From Schmidtea polychroa (taxonomy: Eukaryota): DNA of 64,000 nt. The notes below the pieces were generated by a model. The model worked only from the letters and a program-made list of their open reading frames with translations. It was not told the origin of the DNA and searched no databases. Shown here one piece after another: positions 10,751 through 24,649 of this stretch (positions are counted from its first letter, which is position 1; each line of letters begins with the position of its first letter). Location: the NCBI GenBank assembly GCA_044892525.1, contig CM097887.1, positions 11,222,001 through 11,286,000 on the forward strand. Reading direction: 5' to 3'. The position numbers were made by a program, and so were the translations under genes.

Positions 10751-11063
10751 ATTACAAACCCGCTATCATCACCTGAGACCTGCTACAGAATATCTATATC
10801 TATATCTATATATGTACACCAAAGCATAACCTTATTTACAATCAGTTTATCTCTACTACAACCTAAATTTCAAGGACATATAGATCAAGGACTTTAGATT
10901 TCAAAACATATCCACCTGAAACCACATTTGTGAATGATGCGGGCATCCATATGCCGACATCCCAAGAATATTGAAATAAAAGCTACAGAACCCAAAGGAT
11001 GAGAATCAATCCCTCTTTAGGCCAAGTGGCCAGCTATCTACATTTGAATAAAATAAAATTTGA

Positions 11064-11089
11064 TTTTTTTTTTTTTTTTTTTTTTTTTT
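11064..11089 (+). repeat. (T)26 tract at the retroelement/satellite junction
   Basis: Read directly; preceded by AATAAAATAAAATTTGA. Confidence 0.95.
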
Positions 11090-14000
11090 GCTTTATATTT
11101 AATGAAAAATTAGCAGCAAATGTATTGATGGAACCTTCAATTTCACAGATCTTGAAGTTTTACTTAGTTCAACAAATGAAGCACCCTATACTGCGTCAGG
11201 TTATATTTGGTCTGTTGCTGCCACTGCTATCTATATGAATACTAAAAAATCGTATTTTCATGCCAGAATTCCAGGCTTTTGAAGATCTGTTTGCTGTATT
11301 TAATGATATTATTTGTTGCTAAAGACCTTTCGATTTGATTCTCCACTGCTATCTATATGAATACTAAAAAATTGTATTTTCATGCAAGAATTCCAGGCTC
11401 TTGAGGATCTGTTTGCTGTATTTAATGATATCATTTGTTGCTAAAGACGTTTCGATTTGATTCTCCACTGCTATCTATATGAATACTAAAAAATTGTATT
11501 TTCATTCAAGAATTCCAGGCTCTTGAGGATCTATTTGCTGTATTTAATGATATCATTTGTTGCTAAAGACCTTTCGATTTGATTCTCCAAAAAACCTTAG
11601 AAGGGGAATAATAATTCTAGCAGTGATTTAGGGGTAATATTTATTATGAACTCTCAACTTCACAAGCTATATTTATTGGATAATGTAAAATTAGTGAGGG
11701 GCAATAGCACTTGACTGTACTGTGCGTTCTATTTAAAAGAAAATCAGCGGCAAATGTATTGATGGAACCTTCAATTTCAGAGATCTTGAAGTTTTACTTA
11801 GTTCAACAGGTGAAGCACCCTATACTGCGTCAGGTTATATTTGGTCTGTTGCTGCCACTGCTATCTATATGAATATTAAAAAATTGTATTTTCATGCCAG
11901 AATTCCAGGCTTTTGAGGATCTGTTTGCTGTATTTAATGATATTATTTGTTGCTAAAGACCTTTCGATTTGATTCTCCACTGTTATCTATATGAATACTA
12001 AAAAATTGTATTTTCATGCCAGAATTCCAGGCTCTTGAGGATCTGTTTGCTGTATTTAATGATATTATTTGTTGCTAAAGACCTTTGATTCTCCACTGCT
12101 ATCTAAATGAATACTAAAAAATTGTATTTTCATTCAAGAATTCCAGGCTCTTGAGGATCTGTTTGCTGTATTTAATGATATCATTTGTTGCTAAAGACCT
12201 TTCGATTTGATTCTCCAAAAAACCTTAGAAGGGGAATAATAATTCTAGCAGTGATTTAGGGGTAATATTTATTATGAACTCTCAACTTCACAAGCTATAT
12301 TTATTGGATAATGTAAAATTAGTGAGGGGCAATAGCACTTGACTGTACTGTGCGTTCTATTTAAAAGAAAATCAGCGGCAAATGTATTGATGGAACCTTC
12401 AATTTCACAGATCTTGAAGTTTTACTTAGTTCAACAGATGAAGCACCCTATACTGCGTCAGGTTATATTTGGTCTGTTGCTGCCACTGCTATCTATATGA
12501 ATACTAAAAAATCGTATTTTCATGCCAGAATTCCAGGCTTTTGAAGATCTGTTTGCTGTATTTAATGATATTATTTGTTGCTAAAGACGTTTCGATTTGA
12601 TTCTCCACTGCTATCTATATGAATACTAAAAAATTGTATTTTCATGCCAGAATTCCAGGCTCTTGAGAATCTGTTTGCTGTATTTAATGATATTATTTGT
12701 TGCTAAAGACCTTTGATTCTCCACTGCTATCTATATGAATACTAAAAAATTGTATTTTCATGCCAGAATTCCAGGCTCTTGAGAATCTGTTTGCTGTATT
12801 TAATGATATCATTTGTTGCTAAAGACGTTTCGATTTGATTCTCCACTGCTATCTATATGAATACTAAAAAATTGTATTTTCATGCAAGAATCCAGGCTCT
12901 TGAGGATCTGTTTGCTGTATTTAATGATATCATTTGTTGCTAAAGACCTTTGATTCTCCACTGCTATCTATATGAATACTAAAAAATTGTATTTTCATGC
13001 AAGAATTCCAGGCTCTTGAGGATCTGTTTACTGTATATAATGATATCATTTGTTGCTAAAGACCTTTCGATTTGATTCTTCACTGCTATCTATATGAATA
13101 CTAAAAAATCGTATTTTCATGCCAGAATTCCAGGCTTTTGAAGATCTGTTTGCTGTATTTAATGATATTATTTGTTGCTAAAGACCTTTGATTCTCCACT
13201 GCTATCTAAATGAATACTAAAAAATTGTATTTTCATGCAAGAAACCAGGCTCTTGAGGATCTATTTGCTGTATTTAATGATATCATTTGTTGCTAAAGAC
13301 CTTTCGATTTGATTCTCCAAAAGAAGGGGGATTTAGGGGTAATATTTATTATGAACTCTCAACTTCACAAGCTATATTAAATTGATGTAAAATTAGTAAG
13401 TGGCAATAGCACTTGACTGTACTGTGCTTTATATTTAATGAAAAATTAGCAGCAAATGTATTGATGGAACCTTCAATTTCACAGATCTTGAAGTTTTACT
13501 TATTTCAACAAATGAAGCACCCTATACTGCGTCAGGTTATATTTGGTCTGTTGCTGCCACTGCTATCTATATGAATACTAAAAAATTGTATTTTCATGCA
13601 AGAATTCCAGGCTCTTGAGGATCTGCTTGCTGTATTTAATGATATCATTTGTTGCTAAAGACCTTTGATTCTCCACTGCTATCTATATGAATACTAAAAA
13701 ATTGTATTTTCATGCAAGAATTCCAGGCTCTTGAGGATCTGCTTGCATTATATAATGATATCATTTGTTGCTAAAGACCTTTCGATTTGATTCTTCACTG
13801 CTATCTATATGAATACTAAAAAATTGTATTTTCATGCAAGAATTCCAGGCTCTTGAGGATCTGTTTGCTGTATTTAATGATATCATTTGTTGCTAAAGAC
13901 CTTTCGATTTGATTCTCCACTGCTATCTATATGAATACTAAAAAATTGTATTTTCATTCAAGAATTCCAGGCTCTTGAGGATCTGTTTGCTGTATTTAAT

Positions 14001-17000
14001 GATATCATTTGTTGCTAAAGACCTTTCGATTTGATTCTCCAAAAAACCTTAGAAGGGGAATAATAATTCTAGCAGTGATTTAGGGGTAATATTTATTATG
14101 AACTCTCAACTTCACAAGCTATATTTATTGGATAATGTAAAATTAGTGAGGGGCAATAGCACTTGACTGTACTGTGCGTTCTATTTAAAAGAAAATCAGC
14201 GGCAAATGTATTGATGGAACCTTCAATTTCACAGATCTTGAAGTTTTACTTAGTTCAACAGATGAAGCACCCTATACTGCGTCAGGTTATATTTGGTCTG
14301 TTGCTGCCACTGCTATCTATATGAATACTAAAAAATCGTATTTTCATGCCAGAATTCCAGGCTTTTGAAGATCTGTTTGCTGTATTTAATGATATTATTT
14401 GTTGCTAAAGACCTTTCGATTTGATTCTCCACTGCTATCTATATGAATACTAAAAAATTGTATTTTCATGCAAGAATTCCAGGCTCTTGAGAATCTGTTT
14501 GCTGTATTTAATGATATCATTTGTTGCTAAAGACCTTTCGATTTGATTCTCCACTGCTATCTATATGAATACTAAAAAATTGTATTTTCATGCAAGAATT
14601 CCAAGCTCTTGAGGATCTGTTTGCTGTATATAATGATATCATTTGTTGCTAAAGACCTTTCGATTTGATTCTTCACTGCTATCTATATGAATACTAAAAA
14701 ATCGTATTTTCATGCCAGAATCCCAGGCTTTTGAAGATCTGTTTGCTGTATTTAATGATATTATTTGTTGCTAAAGACCTTTGATTCTCCACTGCTATCT
14801 AAATGAATACTAAAAAATTGTATTTTCATGCAAGAATCCAGGCTCTTGAGGATCTATTTGCTGTATTTAATGATATCATTTGTTGCTAAAGACCTTTCGA
14901 TTTGAATCTCCAAAAGAAGGGGGATTTAGGGGTAATATTTATTATGAACTCTCAACTTCACAAGCTATATTAAATTGATGTAAAATTAGTAAGTGGCAAT
15001 AGCACTTGACTGTACTGTGCTTTATATTTAATGAAAAATTAGCAGCAAATGTATTGATGGAACCTTCAATTTCACAGATCTTGAAGTTTTACTTAGTTCA
15101 ACAAATGAAGCACCCTATACTGCGTCAGGTTATATTTGGTCTGTTGCTGCCACTGCTATCTATATGAATACTAAAAAATTGTATTTTCATGCAAGAATTC
15201 CAGGCTCTTGAGGATCTGCTTGCTGTATTTAATGATATCATTTGTTGCTAAAGACCTTTGATTCTCCACTGCTATCTATATGAATACTAAAAAATTGTAT
15301 TTTCATGCAAGAATTCCAGGCTCTTGAGGATCTGCTTGCTGTATATAATGATATCATTTGTTGCTAAAGACCTTTCGATTTGATTCTCCACTGCTATCTA
15401 TATGAATACTAAAAAATTGTATTTTCATGCAAGAATTCCAGGCTCTTGAGAATCTGTTTGCTGTATTTAATGATATCATTTGTTGCTAAAGACCTTTCGA
15501 TTTGATTCTCCACTGCTATCTATATGAATACTAAAAAATTGTATTTTCATGCAAGAATTCCAAGCTCTTGAGGATCTGTTTGCTGTATATAATGATATCA
15601 TTTGTTGCTAAAGACCTTTCGATTTGATTCTTCACTGCTATCTATATGAATACTAAAAAATCGTATTTTCATGCCAGAATTCCAGGCTTTTGAAGATCTG
15701 TTTGCTGTATTTAATGATATTATTTGTTGCTAAAGACCTTTGATTCTCCACTGCTATCTAAATGAATACTAAAAAATTGTATTTTCATGCAAGAATCCAG
15801 GCTCTTGAGGATCTATTTGCTGTATTTAATGATATCATTTGTTGCTAAAGACCTTTCGATTTGATTCTCCAAAAGAAGGGGGATTTAGGGGTAATATTTA
15901 TTATGAACTCTCAACTTCACAAGCTATATTAAATTGATGTAAAATTAGTAAGTGGCAATAGCACTTGACTGTACTGTGCTTTATATTTAATGAAAAATTA
16001 GCAGCAAATGTATTGATGGAACCTTCAATTTCACAGATCTTGAAGTTTTACTTAGTTCAATTTAAAAGAAAATCAGCGGCAAATGTATTGATGGAACCTT
16101 CAATTTCACAGATCTTGAAGTTTTACTTAGTTCAACAGATGAAGCACCCTATACTGCGTCAGGTTATATTTGGTCTGTTGCTGCCACTGCTATCTATATG
16201 AATACTAAAAAATCGTATTTTCATGCCAGAATTCCAGGCTTTTGAAGATCTGTTTGCTGTATTTAATGATATTATTTGTTGCTAAAGACCTTTCGATTTG
16301 ATTCTCCACTGCTATCTATATGAATACTAAAAAATTGTATTTTCATGCAAGAATTCCAGGCTCTTGAGGATCTGTTTGCTGTATTTAATGATATCATTTG
16401 TTGCTAAAGACGTTTCGATTTGATTCTCCACTGCTATCTATATGAATACTAAAAAATTGTATTTTCATTCAAGAATTCCAGGCTCTTGAGGATCTATTTG
16501 CTGTATTTAATGATATCATTTGTTGCTAAAGACCTTTCGATTTGATTCTCCAAAAAACCTTAGAAGGGGAATAATAATTCTAGCAGTGATTTAGGGGTAA
16601 TATTTATTATGAACTCTCAACTTCACAAGCTATATTTATTGGATAATGTAAAATTAGTGAGGGGCAATAGCACTTGACTGTACTGTGCGTTCTATTTAAA
16701 AGAAAATCAGCGGCAAATGTATTGATGGAACCTTCAATTTCAGAGATCTTGAAGTTTTACTTAGTTCAACAGGTGAAGCACCCTATACTGCGTCAGGTTA
16801 TATTTGGTCTGTTGCTGCCACTGCTATCTATATGAATATTAAAAAATTGTATTTTCATGCCAGAATTCCAGGCTTTTGAGGATCTGTTTGCTGTATTTAA
16901 TGATATTATTTGTTGCTAAAGACCTTTCGATTTGATTCTCCACTGTTATCTATATGAATACTAAAAAATTGTATTTTCATGCCAGAATTCCAGGCTCTTG

Positions 17001-20000
17001 AGGATCTGTTTGCTGTATTTAATGATATTATTTGTTGCTAAAGACCTTTGATTCTCCACTGCTATCTAAATGAATACTAAAAAATTGTATTTTCATTCAA
17101 GAATTCCAGGCTCTTGAGGATCTGTTTGCTGTATTTAATGATATCATTTGTTGCTAAAGACCTTTCGATTTGATTCTCCAAAAAACCTTAGAAGGGGAAT
17201 AATAATTCTAGCAGTGATTTAGGGGTAATATTTATTATGAACTCTCAACTTCACAAGCTATATTTATTGGATAATGTAAAATTAGTGAGGGGCAATAGCA
17301 CTTGACTGTACTGTGCGTTCTATTTAAAAGAAAATCAGCGGCAAATGTATTGATGGAACCTTCAATTTCACAGATCTTGAAGTTTTACTTAGTTCAACAG
17401 ATGAAGCACCCTATACTGCGTCAGGTTATATTTGGTCTGTTGCTGCCACTGCTATCTATATGAATACTAAAAAATCGTATTTTCATGCCAGAATTCCAGG
17501 CTTTTGAAGATCTGTTTGCTGTATTTAATGATATTATTTGTTGCTAAAGACGTTTCGATTTGATTCTCCACTGCTATCTATATGAATACTAAAAAATTGT
17601 ATTTTCATGCCAGAATTCCAGGCTCTTGAGAATCTGTTTGCTGTATTTAATGATATTATTTGTTGCTAAAGACCTTTGATTCTCCACTGCTATCTATATG
17701 AATACTAAAAAATTGTATTTTCATGCCAGAATTCCAGGCTCTTGAGAATCTGTTTGCTGTATTTAATGATATTATTTGTTGCTAAAGACGTTTCGATTTG
17801 ATTCTCCACTGCTATCTATATGAATACTAAAAAATTGTATTTTCATGCAAGAATCCAGGCTCTTGAGGATCTGTTTGCTGTATTTAATGATATCATTTGT
17901 TGCTAAAGACGTTTCGATTTGATTCTCCACTGCTATCTATATGAATACTAAAAAATTGTATTTTCATGCAAGAATCCAGGCTCTTGAGGATCTGTTTGCT
18001 GTATTTAATGATATCATTTGTTGCTAAAGACCTTTGATTCTCCACTGCTATCTATATGAATACTAAAAAATTGTATTTTCATGCAAGAATTCCAGGCTCT
18101 TGAGGATCTGCTTACTGTATATAATGATATCATTTGTTGCTAAAGACCTTTCGATTTGATTCTTCACTGCTATCTATATGAATACTAAAAAATCGTATTT
18201 TCATGCCAGAATTCCAGGCTTTTGAAGATCTGTTTGCTGTATTTAATGATATTATTTGTTGCTAAAGACCTTTGATTCTCCACTGCTATCTAAATGAATA
18301 CTAAAAAATTGTATTTTCATGCAAGAAACCAGGCTCTTGAGGATCTATTTGCTGTATTTAATGATATCATTTGTTGCTAAAGACCTTTCGATTTGATTCT
18401 CCAAAAGAAGGGGGATTTAGGGGTAATATTTATTATGAACTCTCAACTTCACAAGCTATATTAAATTGATGTAAAATTAGTAAGTGGCAATAGCACTTGA
18501 CTGTACTGTGCTTTATATTTAATGAAAAATTAGCAGCAAATGTATTGATGGAACCTTCAATTTCACAGATCTTGAAGTTTTACTTAGTTCAACAAATGAA
18601 GCACCCTATACTGCGTCAGGTTATATTTGGTCTGTTGCTGCCACTGCTATCTATATGAATACTAAAAAATTGTATTTTCATGCAAGAATTCCAGGCTCTT
18701 GAGGATCTGCTTGCTGTATTTAATGATATCATTTGTTGCTAAAGACCTTTGATTCTCCACTGCTATCTATATGAATACTAAAAAATTGTATTTTCATGCA
18801 AGAATTCCAGGCTCTTGAGGATCTGCTTGCTGTATATAATGATATCATTTGTTGCTAAAGACCTTTCGATTTGATTCTTCACTGCTATCTATATGAATAC
18901 TAAAAAATTGTATTTTCATGCAAGAATTCCAGGCTCTTGAGGATCTGTTTGCTGTATTTAATGATATCATTTGTTGCTAAAGACCTTTCGATTTGATTCT
19001 CCACTGCTATCTATATGAATACTAAAAAATTGTATTTTCATTCAAGAATTCCAGGCTCTTGAGGATCTGTTTGCTGTATTTAATGATATCATTTGTTGCT
19101 AAAGACCTTTCGATTTGATTCTCCAAAAAACCTTAGAAGGGGAATAATAATTCTAGCAGTGATTTAGGGGTAATATTTATTATGAACTCTCAACTTCACA
19201 AGCTATATTTATTGGATAATGTAAAATTAGTGAGGGGCAATAGCACTTGACTGTACTGTGCGTTCTATTTAAAAGAAAATCAGCGGCAAATGTATTGATG
19301 GAACCTTCAATTTCACAGATCTTGAAGTTTTACTTAGTTCAACAGATGAAGCACCCTATACTGCGTCAGGTTATATTTGGTCTGTTGCTGCCACTGCTAT
19401 CTATATGAATACTAAAAAATCGTATTTTCATGCCAGAATTCCAGGCTTTTGAAGATCTGTTTGCTGTATTTAATGATATTATTTGTTGCTAAAGACCTTT
19501 CGATTTGATTCTCCACTGCTATCTATATGAATACTAAAAAATTGTATTTTCATGCAAGAATTCCAGGCTCTTGAGAATCTGTTTGCTGTATTTAATGATA
19601 TCATTTGTTGCTAAAGACCTTTCGATTTGATTCTCCACTGCTATCTATATGAATACTAAAAAATTGTATTTTCATGCAAGAATTCCAAGCTCTTGAGGAT
19701 CTGTTTGCTGTATATAATGATATCATTTGTTGCTAAAGACCTTTCGATTTGATTCTTCACTGCTATCTATATGAATACTAAAAAATCGTATTTTCATGCC
19801 AGAATCCCAGGCTTTTGAAGATCTGTTTGCTGTATTTAATGATATTATTTGTTGCTAAAGACCTTTGATTCTCCACTGCTATCTAAATGAATACTAAAAA
19901 ATTGTATTTTCATGCAAGAATCCAGGCTCTTGAGGATCTATTTGCTGTATTTAATGATATCATTTGTTGCTAAAGACCTTTCGATTTGAATCTCCAAAAG

Positions 20001-23000
20001 AAGGGGGATTTAGGGGTAATATTTATTATGAACTCTCAACTTCACAAGCTATATTAAATTGATGTAAAATTAGTAAGTGGCAATAGCACTTGACTGTACT
20101 GTGCTTTATATTTAATGAAAAATTAGCAGCAAATGTATTGATGGAACCTTCAATTTCACAGATCTTGAAGTTTTACTTAGTTCAACAAATGAAGCACCCT
20201 ATACTGCGTCAGGTTATATTTGGTCTGTTGCTGCCACTGCTATCTATATGAATACTAAAAAATTGTATTTTCATGCAAGAATTCCAGGCTCTTGAGGATC
20301 TGCTTGCTGTATTTAATGATATCATTTGTTGCTAAAGACCTTTGATTCTCCACTGCTATCTATATGAATACTAAAAAATTGTATTTTCATGCAAGAATTC
20401 CAGGCTCTTGAGGATCTGCTTGCTGTATATAATGATATCATTTGTTGCTAAAGACCTTTCGATTTGATTCTCCACTGCTATCTATATGAATACTAAAAAA
20501 TTGTATTTTCATGCAAGAATTCCAGGCTCTTGAGAATCTGTTTGCTGTATTTAATGATATCATTTGTTGCTAAAGACCTTTCGATTTGATTCTCCACTGC
20601 TATCTATATGAATACTAAAAAATTGTATTTTCATGCAAGAATTCCAAGCTCTTGAGGATCTGTTTGCTGTATATAATGATATCATTTGTTGCTAAAGACC
20701 TTTCGATTTGATTCTTCACTGCTATCTATATGAATACTAAAAAATCGTATTTTCATGCCAGAATTCCAGGCTTTTGAAGATCTGTTTGCTGTATTTAATG
20801 ATATTATTTGTTGCTAAAGACCTTTGATTCTCCACTGCTATCTAAATGAATACTAAAAAATTGTATTTTCATGCAAGAATCCAGGCTCTTGAGGATCTAT
20901 TTGCTGTATTTAATGATATCATTTGTTGCTAAAGACCTTTCGATTTGATTCTCCAAAAGAAGGGGGATTTAGGGGTAATATTTATTATGAACTCTCAACT
21001 TCACAAGCTATATTAAATTGATGTAAAATTAGTAAGTGGCAATAGCACTTGACTGTACTGTGCTTTATATTTAATGAAAAATTAGCAGCAAATGTATTGA
21101 TGGAACCTTCAATTTCACAGATCTTGAAGTTTTACTTAGTTCAATTTAAAAGAAAATCAGCGGCAAATGTATTGATGGAACCTTCAATTTCACAGATCTT
21201 GAAGTTTTACTTAGTTCAACAGATGAAGCACCCTATACTGCGTCAGGTTATATTTGGTCTGTTGCTGCCACTGCTATCTATATGAATACTAAAAAATCGT
21301 ATTTTCATGCCAGAATTCCAGGCTTTTGAAGATCTGTTTGCTGTATTTAATGATATTATTTGTTGCTAAAGACCTTTCGATTTGATTCTCCACTGCTATC
21401 TATATGAATACTAAAAAATTGTATTTTCATGCAAGAATTCCAGGCTCTTGAGGATCTGTTTGCTGTATTTAATGATATCATTTGTTGCTAAAGACCTTTG
21501 ATTCTCCACTGCTATCTAAATGAATACTAAAAAATTGTATTTTCATGCAAGAATCCAGGCTCTTGAGGATCTATTTGCTGTATTTAATGATATCATTTGT
21601 TGCTAAAGACCTTTCGATTTGAATCTCCAAAAGAAGGGGGATTTAGGGGTAATATTTATTATGAACTCTCAACTTCACAAGCTATATTAAATTGATGTAA
21701 AATTAGTAAGTGGCAATAGCACTTGACTGTACTGTGCTTTATATTTAATGAAAAATTAGCAGCAAATGTATTGATGGAACCTTCAATTTCACAGATCTTG
21801 AAGTTTTACTTAGTTCAACAAATGAAGCACCCTATACTGCGTCAGGTTATATTTGGTCTGTTGCTGCCACTGCTATCTATATGAATACTAAAAAATTGTA
21901 TTTTCATGCAAGAATTCCAGGCTCTTGAGGATCTGCTTGCTGTATTTAATGATATCATTTGTTGCTAAAGACCTTTGATTCTCCACTGCTATCTATATGA
22001 ATACTAAAAAATTGTATTTTCATGCAAGAATTCCAGGCTCTTGAGGATCTGCTTGCTGTATATAATGATATCATTTGTTGCTAAAGACCTTTCGATTTGA
22101 TTCTCCACTGCTATCTATATGAATACTAAAAAATTGTATTTTCATGCAAGAATTCCAGGCTCTTGAGAATCTGTTTGCTGTATTTAATGATATCATTTGT
22201 TGCTAAAGACCTTTCGATTTGATTCTCCACTGCTATCTATATGAATACTAAAAAATTGTATTTTCATGCAAGAATTCCAAGCTCTTGAGGATCTGTTTGC
22301 TGTATATAATGATATCATTTGTTGCTAAAGACCTTTCGATTTGATTCTTCACTGCTATCTATATGAATACTAAAAAATCGTATTTTCATGCCAGAATTCC
22401 AGGCTTTTGAAGATCTGTTTGCTGTATTTAATGATATTATTTGTTGCTAAAGACCTTTGATTCTCCACTGCTATCTAAATGAATACTAAAAAATTGTATT
22501 TTCATGCAAGAATCCAGGCTCTTGAGGATCTATTTGCTGTATTTAATGATATCATTTGTTGCTAAAGACCTTTCGATTTGATTCTCCAAAAGAAGGGGGA
22601 TTTAGGGGTAATATTTATTATGAACTCTCAACTTCACAAGCTATATTAAATTGATGTAAAATTAGTAAGTGGCAATAGCACTTGACTGTACTGTGCTTTA
22701 TATTTAATGAAAAATTAGCAGCAAATGTATTGATGGAACCTTCAATTTCACAGATCTTGAAGTTTTACTTAGTTCAATTTAAAAGAAAATCAGCGGCAAA
22801 TGTATTGATGGAACCTTCAATTTCACAGATCTTGAAGTTTTACTTAGTTCAACAGATGAAGCACCCTATACTGCGTCAGGTTATATTTGGTCTGTTGCTG
22901 CCACTGCTATCTATATGAATACTAAAAAATCGTATTTTCATGCCAGAATTCCAGGCTTTTGAAGATCTGTTTGCTGTATTTAATGATATTATTTGTTGCT

Positions 23001-24571
23001 AAAGACCTTTCGATTTGATTCTCCACTGCTATCTATATGAATACTAAAAAATTGTATTTTCATGCAAGAATTCCAGGCTCTTGAGGATCTGTTTGCTGTA
23101 TTTAATGATATCATTTGTTGCTAAAGACCTTTGATTCTCCACTGCTATCTAAATGAATACTAAAAAATTGTATTTTCATTCAAGAATTCCAGGCTCTTGA
23201 GGATCTGCTTGTTGTATTTAATGATATCATTTGTAGCTAAATACCTTTCGATTTGACTCTCCACTGCTATCTATATGAATACTAAAAAATTGTATTTTCA
23301 TGCAAGAATTCCAGGCTCTTGAGAATCTGTTTGCTGTATTTAATGATATCATTTGTTGCTAAAGACCTTTCGATTTGATTCTCCACTGCTATCTATATGA
23401 ATACTAAAAAATTGTATTTTCATGCAAGAATTCCAAGCTCTTGAGGATCTGTTTGCTGTATATAATGATATCATTTGTTGCTAAAGACCTTTCGATTTGA
23501 TTCTTCACTGCTATCTATATGAATACTAAAAAATCGTATTTTCATGCCAGAATTCCAGGCTTTTGAAGATCTGTTTGCTGTATTTAATGATATTATTTGT
23601 TGCTAAAGACCTTTGATTCTCCACTGCTATCTAAATGAATACTAAAAAATTGTATTTTCATGCAAGAATCCAGGCTCTTGAGGATCTATTTGCTGTATTT
23701 AATGATATCATTTGTTGCTAAAGACCTTTCGATTTGATTCTCCAAAAGAAGGGGGATTTAGGGGTAATATTTATTATGAACTCTCAACTTCACAAGCTAT
23801 ATTAAATTGATGTAAAATTAGTAAGTGGCAATAGCACTTGACTGTACTGTGCTTTATATTTAATGAAAAATTAGCAGCAAATGTATTGATGGAACCTTCA
23901 ATTTCACAGATCTTGAAGTTTTACTTAGTTCAATTTAAAAGAAAATCAGCGGCAAATGTATTGATGGAACCTTCAATTTCACAGATCTTGAAGTTTTACT
24001 TAGTTCAACAGATGAAGCACCCTATACTGCGTCAGGTTATATTTGGTCTGTTGCTGCCACTGCTATCTATATGAATACTAAAAAATCGTATTTTCATGCC
24101 AGAATTCCAGGCTTTTGAAGATCTGTTTGCTGTATTTAATGATATTATTTGTTGCTAAAGACCTTTCGATTTGATTCTCCACTGCTATCTATATGAATAC
24201 TAAAAAATTGTATTTTCATGCAAGAATTCCAGGCTCTTGAGGATCTGTTTGCTGTATTTAATGATATCATTTGTTGCTAAAGACCTTTGATTCTCCACTG
24301 CTATCTAAATGAATACTAAAAAATTGTATTTTCATTCAAGAATTCCAGGCTCTTGAGGATCTGCTTGTTGTATTTAATGATATCATTTGTAGCTAAATAC
24401 CTTTCGATTTGACTCTCCACTGCTATCTATATGAATACTAAAAAATTGTATTTTCATGCAAGAATTCCAGGCTCTTGAGAATCTGTTTGCTGTATTTAAT
24501 GATATCATTTGTTGCTAAAGACCTTTCGATTTGATTCTCCAAAAAACCTTAGAAGGGGAATAATAATTCTA
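11089..24571. repeat. Complex satellite array, right block, with ~5-kb higher-order duplication
   Basis: Same A and B monomers. ~11100-16050 is repeated at ~16060-21135 (offset 4961-5084 bp), sharing rare variants CAGAGATCTT, CAACAGGTGA and CTGTTATC. The array ends abruptly at ...TAATAATTCTA. Confidence 0.97.
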
Positions 24572-24649
24572 AAATTACTTGATAAGACTATTAAAGGTGT
24601 AAGTTACTTTTTTTGAATTCATGCTGATAGAAGAATATAATTTAAATTT

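Larger units (their letters stand above)
2486..11089 (+). mobile_element. RLE-type (R2/NeSL-like) non-LTR retrotransposon inserted in a satellite B unit
   Basis: Domain order is ZnF, Ulp1-like, RT, CCHC, PD-(D/E)xK. The left flank ends GCAATAGCACT and the right flank resumes TGCTTTATATTT of the same B variant. The plus strand is A/C-rich throughout. The 3' boundary assumes continuity across the 9737-10087 gap. Confidence 0.88.

Noticed and set aside
10999-24074. 78-79-aa plus-strand ORFs (…MKHPILRQVIFGLLLPLLSI) as a gene family
   Set aside because: They arise from satellite B units and junctions; four start at TTG and depend on the chimeric junction. No protein motif is recognisable.
1-24571. 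CRISPR array
   Set aside because: Units are 116-270 bp, the intervening segments are themselves repeated rather than unique spacers, there are no cas genes, and the context is eukaryotic.
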